Shown in pieces: positions 38,601 to 47,600 of a stretch of DNA of 64,000 nt. Numbering within the stretch: position 1 is the first letter of the stretch; each line of letters opens with the position of its first letter. A model generated the notes under the pieces. That model was given only the letters and a program-made list of their open reading frames with translations. It was not told the origin of the DNA and made no database searches. Origin of the DNA: Macrostomum hystrix (Eukaryota > Animalia > Platyhelminthes); contig CATNEN010000037.1 in assembly GCA_950097015.1 (NCBI GenBank), positions 1,116,001 to 1,180,000 on the forward strand, in the 5' to 3' direction. The translations under genes were made by a program, and so were the position numbers.

Positions 38601-41600
38601 GATCTGTGGAGCAGTTGGAGATCTGAGGATCAGTTGGAGATCTGAGGATCAGTTGGGATCTGAGGATCAGTTGGGATCTGAGGATCAGTTGGGGATCTGA
38701 GGATCAGTTGCGGATCTGAGGATCAGTTGGAGATCTGAGGATCAGTTGGGATCTGAGGATCAGTTGGGGATCTGAGGATCAGTTGTGGATCTAAGGATCT
38801 GTTGGGATCTAAATGAAATCTGCTAGCAATAAATAGATCTGAGGCATAAGTTACAATGCAGTTGGAGTACTTTAATAAGCTCTCCTGAACTTTAAGATAT
38901 AAAAACACAAAAAACCCTGAGATGCAACTCACGCAGACGAAGTTAAATACGCGCTCTGGATAGAGCTGTCGCAGCTCGTCAAGACTTTCGATTCCTGTGA
39001 GCCGATCCGGAACATTGAAATTCTTCTCCTGGCAGGTGGCATCTGGCCTTTCCTGGTCTTTCCTGCCCCTGCTCTTGCCACTGGCCGCTGTGGGGTTGAC
39101 TTTCGGAGGCGCCTGCTCGAAGGCTACGTTGAGTAGGTCGATGCTCTGCTCATGGGGAGCGAGTCTGTGGTGAGTAGTTTAAGCTTTAAACATTTCAGGA
39201 AATCAGGTTCGCTTTCTAAGAAATCCAGAATGAAATCAGGTTAGCTTTTCAAGACACACTTCAGCCAATCAGGTTAGCTTTTCAAGACATCCTTCAGCCA
39301 ATCAGTTTAGCTTTTCAAGACACCCTTCAGCCAATCAGGTTAGCTTTTCAAGACACACTTCAGCCAATCAGGTTAGCTTTTCAAGACACACTTCAGCCAA
39401 TCAGGTTAGCTTTTCAAGACACACTTCAGCCAATCAGGTTAGCTTTTCAAGACATCCTTCAGCCAATCAGGTTAGCTTTTCAAGACATGCTTCAGCCAAT
39501 CAGTTTAGCTTTTCAAGACACCCTTCAGCCAATCAGGTTAGCTTTTCAAGACACACTTCAGCCAATCAGGTTAGCTTTTCAAGACATGCTTCAGCCAATC
39601 AGTTTAGCTTTTCAAGACACCCTTCAGCCAATCAGGTTAGCTTTTCAAGACACACTTCAGCCAATCAGGTTCCCTTTTCAAGACACCCTTCAGCCAATAG
39701 GGTTAGCTTTTCAAGACATGCTTCAGCCAATCAGGTTAGCTTTTCAAGACACCCTTCAACCAATCAGGTTAGCTTTTCAAGACATCCTTTAGCCAATCAG
39801 GTTAGCTTTTCAAGACATCCTTCAGCCAATCAGTTTAGCTTTTCAAGACATCCTTTAGCCAATCAGGTTAGCTTTTCAAGACATCCTTTAGCCAATCAGG
39901 TTAGCTTTTCAAGACATCCTTTAGCCAATCAGGTTAGCTTTTCAAGACATCCTTCAGCCAATCAGTTTAGCTTTTCAAGACATCCTTTAGCCAATCAGGT
40001 TAGCTTTTCAAGACATCCTTTAGCCAATCAGGTTAGCTTTTCAAGACACCCTTCAGCCAATAGGGTTAGCTTTTCAAGACATCCTTCAGCCAATCAGGTT
40101 AGCTTTTCAAGACATCCTTTAGCCAATCAGGTTAGCTTTTCAAGACATCCTTTAGCCAATCAGGTTAGCTTTTCAAGACATCCTTTAGCCAATCAGGTTA
40201 GCTTTTCAGAAATGCCAAGTTCATTAACCTTCACAGCAGAATAAAAAAGTCTGGAGAAAATCATCTTTGAACTCATTGAATACGCTCGTAATCAGCGTTC
40301 TCAGCTGCAGCAAACATTTTGGCCTGATATTTCATGCATCCAGTGAAAATAATGAGGAGATCAAGTTTCCTCAACGACGAATAAGAGGAAGAGAGGCTTG
40401 AGCAGTGCTAACTAGCTCCAGAAGAGGAGCAAGCATTTCCGGATATTGATTTATCGCCTAGATTATCGCCTAGCGGTGGGGTGAGCAATATCTGAGAAAA
40501 CAGGGAAAGGCTTTCTATGCTGGTCGATTAGCACGAATGATATCGAACATTAATAGTCCGCATAAGTAAAGGGTTCGAGCGGCGCGCACAACGAACACCC
40601 AAAAACAACCATCGCATAGTGACTGGAATAGTTTGTGGCCAATAATACTACAAGCCTCATAGAACCACAATAACTCAGATGAAAACAGATTAAAGGGGGA
40701 ATTCGAAACGTTTTTCCAAATCAAAGTGACATAAAAGTGCAAAAATGCTACATTTAATTACTCAATGAGTTCAGAATATGAGCAGTCAATGAGTTGAGAA
40801 TATGAGCAGTCAATGAGTTGAGAATATGAGCAGTCAATGAGTTGAGAATATGAGCAGTCAATGAGTTGAGAATATGAGCAGCCAATGAGTTGAGAATATG
40901 AACAGTCAATGAGTTGAGAATATGAGCAGTCAATGAGTTGAGAATATGAGCAGCCAATGAGTTGAGAATATGAGCAGTCAATGAGTTGAGAATATGAGCA
41001 GTCAATGAGTTGAGAATATGAGCAGTCAATGAGTTGAGAATATGAGCAGTCAATGAGTTGAGAATATGAGCAGTCAATGAGTTGAGAATATCAGCAGTCA
41101 ATGAGTTGAGAATATGAGCAGTCAATGAGTTGAGAATATGAGCAATCAATGAGTTGAGAATATGAGCAGTCGATGAGTTGAGAATATGAGCAGTCAATGA
41201 GTTCAGAATATGAGCAGTCCAGTTAAGAATACAAAAAATCATAAAGTACAAGGACCCCTTAATCCAGCAGTAAATCAAAGATCTTTTTAGGAACGAGGAT
41301 AATTGAAATGCTAAAGTTGATAAAGGTGGGGCGTCTTATCTTATCAGGCGTATTCGAACAAGGGAAGGGTCAGGTTCTCAAACGTCTTAAGCATTTTCTA
41401 ATAAATGAGCAAACGAAGACCAATGAGATGCTTAAATGCACAAGAAATTTTATTAAATCTTAACTTATCTACTCAAAAAGTACCTTTGAGATTTTAGAAG
41501 AATGCAAACATCTCTAAGCTTCTGATTTTGTTTAAATTTAACAAGTAAATTCTAAATTCTAAAATGCCTCCTGTTGCGATTCTACATTAGATTCCTCCTG

Positions 41601-44600
41601 CTGCCATTCTACATTAGATTCCTCTTGCTGCGATTCTACATAAGCTTTCTGCTGCTGCGATTCTACATTAGGTTTCTCCTGCTGCGATTCTAGGCTAGGC
41701 TCTAGCTGCGATTCTAGGCTAGGCTCTTTCTTCGATTCTAGGCTAGGCTCTAGCTGCGATTCTAGGCTAGGCTCTTTCTTCGATTCTAGGCTAGGCTCTT
41801 GCTGCGATTCTAGGCTAGGCTCCTTCTTCGATTCTAGGCTAGGCTCTAGCTGCGATTCTAGGCTAGGCTCTTGCTGCGATTCTAGGCTAGGCTCTAGCTG
41901 CGATTCTAGGCTAGGCTCTTTCTTCGAGTCTAGGCTAGGATCTTTCTTCGATTCTAGGCTAGGCTCTTGCTGCGATTCTAGGCCAGGCTCTAGCTGCGAT
42001 TCTAGGCTAGGCTCTTTCTTCGATTCTAGGCTAGGCTCTAGCTGCGATTCTAGGCTAGGCTCCTTCTTCGATTCTAGGCTAGGCTCTAGCTGCGATTCTA
42101 GGCTAGGCTCTAGCTGCGATTCTAGGCTAGGCTCTTGCTGCGATTCTAGGCCAGGCTCTAGCTGCGATTCTAGGCTAGGCTCTTTCTTCGATTCTAGGCT
42201 AGGCTCTAGCTGCGATTCTAGGCTAGGCTCTTGCTGCGATTTTAGGCCAGGCTCTAGCTGCGATTCTAGGCTAGGCTCTTTCTTCGATTCTAGGCCAGGC
42301 TCTAGCTGCGATTCTAGGCTAGGCTCTAGCTGCGATTCTAGGCTAGGCTCCTTCTTCGATTCTAGGCTAGGCTCTAGCTGCGATTCTAGGCTAGGCTCTA
42401 GCTGCGATTCTAGGCTAGGCTCTTGCTGCGATTCTAGGCCAGGCTCTAGCTGCGGTTCTAGGCTAGGCTCTTTCTTCGATTCTAGGCTAGGCTCTAGCTG
42501 CGATTCTAGGCTAGGCTCTTTCTTCGATTCTAGGCTAGGCTCTAGCTGCGATTCTAGGCTAGGCTCTTGCTGCGATTCTAGGCTAGGCTCTTGCTGCGAT
42601 TTTAGGCCAGGCTCTAGCTGCGATTCTAGGCTAGGCTCTTTCTTCGATTCTAGGCCAGGCTCTAGCTGCGATTCTAGGCTAGGCTCTTTCTTCGATTCTA
42701 GGCTAGGCTCTAGCTGCGATTCTAGGCTAGGCTCTAGCTGCGATTCTAGGCTAGGCTCTTGCTGCGATTCTAGGCCAGGCTCTAGCTGCGATTCTAGGCT
42801 AGGCTCTTTCTTCGATTCTAGGCCAGGCTCTAGCTGCGATTCTAGGCTAGGCTCTTTCTTCGATTCTAGGCTAGGCTCTAGCTGCGATTCTAGGCTAGGC
42901 TCTTGCTGCGATTCTAGGCCAGGCTCTAGCTGCGATTCTAGGCTAGGCTCTAGCTGCGATTCTAGGCTAGGCTCTTTCTTCGATTCTAGGCTTGGCTCTA
43001 GCTGCGATTCTAGCCTAGATATGGAAGCTGTCGAAACAAGCGGTGGATATTATATTATTATTATTATTATGTTATTAGTATTATATTATAATAGTGGATA
43101 TTAACTTTTTGCTGACTTTTTAAAACACAATAAACAAAAAAAACCAGTGAAATACGAGCTTATATTTAAAATGTGCTCCTTGAGCCATTAACTTATAGTT
43201 GAGTACCGATTGTAATGAATATTTTTTGAGAAATTTATGCAGCGAAAGCAGCAGCAATGACAAAAGGCCGTCAGGCCACATGGGAGCCACCTGGAAGTGT
43301 ATCGTAAAAAACTGATTCTCTAAAATCTAGCGCATAGCGTTAATAAAGACCTATAGAATTAGTACTCGTAGTTCAAAATGTTGTGTAAAATACCTGATTA
43401 TTCACTACAGCTATTCTTGGAGTGACTGAGTGAGCTTAGGAACACGAAAATCTGTTCTCTTACTTGCAGATTAGCTGGGCAAAAAAATTAATTTCGCATC
43501 CTATAAACTCACTTTTCCATTAGTAACAAGAAAGAAAAAAAATTGTAAGAGGTACAGGATAGAGCGAGAGACAAGGATACAGACGACAAAGTAGAGAGGA
43601 GGAACGATCTAAAATCCGCAGGCCCAAAAGGTGCTCACCACGATGGCACTGACTCAAAAGGTGCTCACCACGATGGCACTGACCCAAAAGGTGCTCACCA
43701 CGATGGCACTGACCCAAAAGGTGCTCACCACGATGGCACTCACTCAAAAGGTGCTCACCACGATGGCACTGACCCAAAAGGTGCTCACCACGATGGCACT
43801 GACTCAAAAAGTGCTCACCACGATAGCACTGACCCAAAAGGTGTTGACCCCGATGGCACTGACCCAAAAGGTGCTCACCACGATGGCACTGACCTCGCAG
43901 CTAAAAAATCAAGAAAGATTGTTTAAATCAAAAGACAAAGTTTATTTTTAATTATATTTTAATAATTGTCAGAGAGAGAGGAAAAGAGAAGTGGCGCATT
44001 AGCCAGTCGCTATTTTAGCTCCGTTTGCAGACATTATTATCTAGGCTCAAAACTGTTCCTCTGATACAAGAAAGCGGAATAGCAATTCACTTATGCTCTA
44101 CTGAACTCGAAAATGAATAGATTCTCACCTAAGTAATTGTAACGGAATTAATGCCTAGTAGATTTGAATAACAGCAGAGTGACAAAGCGCGAGACGCCTA
44201 TCGTAGGTTATGTGCTCGAATCGGCAATTATGTCGTTTGAATTAATTAATTTAACTACTGATGCAAAAAACACAAGCGCACGTTGCAAAAACTGCGCCAA
44301 ATTAATTAAAAGAGAGAGAGGGTGAGCAGGACAAGTTGCTCAGGGGAAGAGCTGGGTCAGAGGGAGGGGTGGGTGACAGGGACAGGTGGGTCAGAGGGAG
44401 AGGTGGGTGAGAGGGAGGGGTGGGTGAGAGGGAGGGTGGGTGAGAGGGAGGGGTGGGTGAGAGGGAGGGGTGGGTCAGAGGGAGGGGTGGGTGACAGGGA
44501 CAGGTGGGTCAGAGGGAGAGGTGGGTGAGAGGGAGGGGTGGGTGAGAGGGAGGGTGGGTGAGAGGGAGGGGTGGGTGAGAGGGAGGGGTGGGTCAGAGGG

Positions 44601-47600
44601 AGAGGTGGGTGAGAGGGAGAGGTGGGTGAGAGGGAGGGGTGGATGAGAGGGAGAGGTGGGTGAGAGGGAGGGGTGGGTAAGAGGGAGAGGTTTGTGAGAG
44701 GTAGAATGGGTCAGAGGGTGAGGTGGGTGACAGGGAGAGGTAGGTGAGAGGGAGGGTGGGTGAGATGGTGAGGTGGGTGAGAGGGAGAGGTGGGTAAGAG
44801 GGAGAAGTAGGCCAGAGGGTTGAAACTAGATAAGGGGAGAGGGTGCAGAGATGGGTACAGAGGCATAGATACACAGGGGAGAGGGGAAAGTCAGAGGGAG
44901 AAAGGTGTTGGCTGGGTAAGTTCTGTAGTCAGGTCGAACAATTGACCTGTTTATCATTATTTTCAATCAACAAACTAACAAACGCCTAATTTATAGGACA
45001 GTTAGCTTACCGTGCAGCCAGCGCGGCAAGGAGAGTGGAGTCGACACCCCCAGAGAACAGCACAGCGACCGCGGACTGCAGCCCCAGCAGCTGCTGTGAC
45101 GGATAGGGCGAGGAGCACAGGCGGACCCTGCAGGAAACGGATTCGGAGAGCAGCTGGCTGAAGGTGGCTGCCTCACTGGCTATCCACTCCGGAACTGACA
45201 GATCTGGCTGCTGCTGATTATCGTTTACAACCGGAGCCGAGACAGCGGTATCGATCGGACAGTCCACCCCAACAGCATCCGGATCAATAACGAACTTTTT
45301 AATGAGACGGTGCTGGTCCAGAGTCACTGGGCAGTCGCACAGTGACGTCACAGATGCAGCCTCGCTAGGATAGTACAGATCGTACGGATGCAGGACAAGC
45401 TCCTTGGCTGAGGCACTGGTTAGACTGAGTGAGAATACACCGAATGCTGGCACTTCAGTCCAATCAGCTGACTGGTCTATGGCCTCCAGAGCCACGGATG
45501 ACCAGACTAGGTGGCCGGAGTTTGTCCCCGTTGTCATGAGCAAGCTGCGACGCCCGAATAGATCCCGGCCGAATAGAACTAGATTGAGATCCGACTGCGG
45601 GGGAATTGTGTATTTACCTGATTTATGATTACACCAGCCCCACTCGATCAGTCTGTTCAGACTGTTCAGTCCATGGACTGGGAATACGCCAAACCCATTT
45701 AACAGCTGGGTGAACCGAAGCAATGCATAGTTAAGTGTCTTGCTAAAACGACACAAATAGTTCCAGTGGAGTCAAGAATCGAACCCCCGACCTTCAAGTC
45801 GTGAGTCCGAGGCTCTAACCACTAGGCTACAACCCCAGATTGCATTTAGCACATTCGTATTAGGAATTTTATGGGCACTTACCCACTCAATCCTATTTTG
45901 AAGATAAAATTTCTAATTTATTCACTTATTATAAGCTATATGATCCCCTTAGAGATCAATTGAGTAGAGTAATCTAAAACATGGTTCAGACATTAGAAAA
46001 TTTTACACCCGAATAGAAAAAACGCCATTGGCACAGCAGCAGCTGTACAGATCCAAAGTCATCTGTACAGCTTTTAAGTCCATGGACTGGGGAAAATTAA
46101 GGGCCTTGAGCAAGAATGCAAATTGTTTATCTTGGGCTGAGATTCGAACTCCGGACCTATTGATAGACCTTTTGACCCTTCGTTTGGGCACGATTTTATC
46201 TATAACTTTTTGACAATACTACCCTAAAAATCTTAGACTGACAATTGAGCTGTAGAGAAAATCCCTAACGTAAAACTAACCGCCACCCTGTTACTCAGGT
46301 CCTAGAAGTGATTTATGGCACTCATTTGTCAGTGGAAGCAAGTTCTGAGTCTGGGTTGGCGTGTTCTTGTGGCTCTGGCGTGAGCTTGAGCACAAATATA
46401 CGAGCCGTCTCTCCTTTCTCACGTCTTCAATTTGCAACAAAATATTTGTTCTGTCACAGCCTCACGGTGAACTTATCTATATTGTTTTTCTATCTCAGTA
46501 CTGGTGCACTAAATACTTATATAAGACACTGAGATTAGATAGTGAGATTAGACACCGAGATTAGACAATGAGATTAGACACTGAGATTAGACACTGAGAT
46601 TAGACACTGAGATTAGACACTGAGATTAGACACTGAGATTCGACACTGAGATTAGACACTGAGATTAGACACTGAGATTAGACACTGAGATTAGACACTG
46701 AGATGAGGCACTTAGATTAGACACTGAGATTCGACACTGAGATTAGACACTGAGATTAGACACTGAGATTAGACACTGAGATTAGACACTGAGATTAGAC
46801 ACTGAGATTAGACACTGAGATTAGACACTGAGATTAGACACTGAGATTAGACACTGAGATTAGACACTGAGATTAGATACTGAGATTAGACACTGAGATT
46901 AGACACTGAGATTAGACTCTGGGATGAAATACTGAGAGTTGACACTGAGATTAGACACTGAGGGTAGACACTGAGAGCAGGCCTTACAGCATAGTAGAAG
47001 AAGGCATGCGGCCCGTCAAGTTGTCCCAGCGAGGCCAGCAATTCGTCCAGAGATCGGCACTTTTGAAGCAGCAGGCCCACCGCTTCCGTGTCGCTGCCCG
47101 TCAGATCCACCTGTGGATGTTGGCAGGATGAATCGGAAGTGAGGGGTAACACTTTAGTGATTTATAAACTCACCTCCCACAAAACAAGTATTTTTTCAAG
47201 GTGGGACATACTTCCCATAGTGAGAAATATACATATTTTACAGTGAGATATAAACACATTCCATAGTGAGACACAAACACATTCCACAGTGAAACACAAA
47301 CACATTCCACAGTAAAACACAAACACATTCCATAGTGAAACACAAACACATTCCATAGTGAAACACAAACACATTCCACGTGAGACAAACACATTCCACA
47401 GTGAAACACAAACACATTCCACGTGAGACAAACACATTCCACAGTGAAACACAAACACATTCCACAGTGAGACAAACACATTCCACAGTGAAACACAAAC
47501 ACATTCCACAGTGAAACACAAACACATTCCACAGTGAAACACAAACACATTCCACGTGAGACAAACGCATTCCACAGTGAAACACAAACACATTCCACAG

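Noticed and set aside
45770-45835. tRNA-like sequences here and at about 50595-50660
   Set aside because: They lack a proper acceptor stem and continue into a shared SINE body and tail, so I called them SINE heads rather than tRNA genes.
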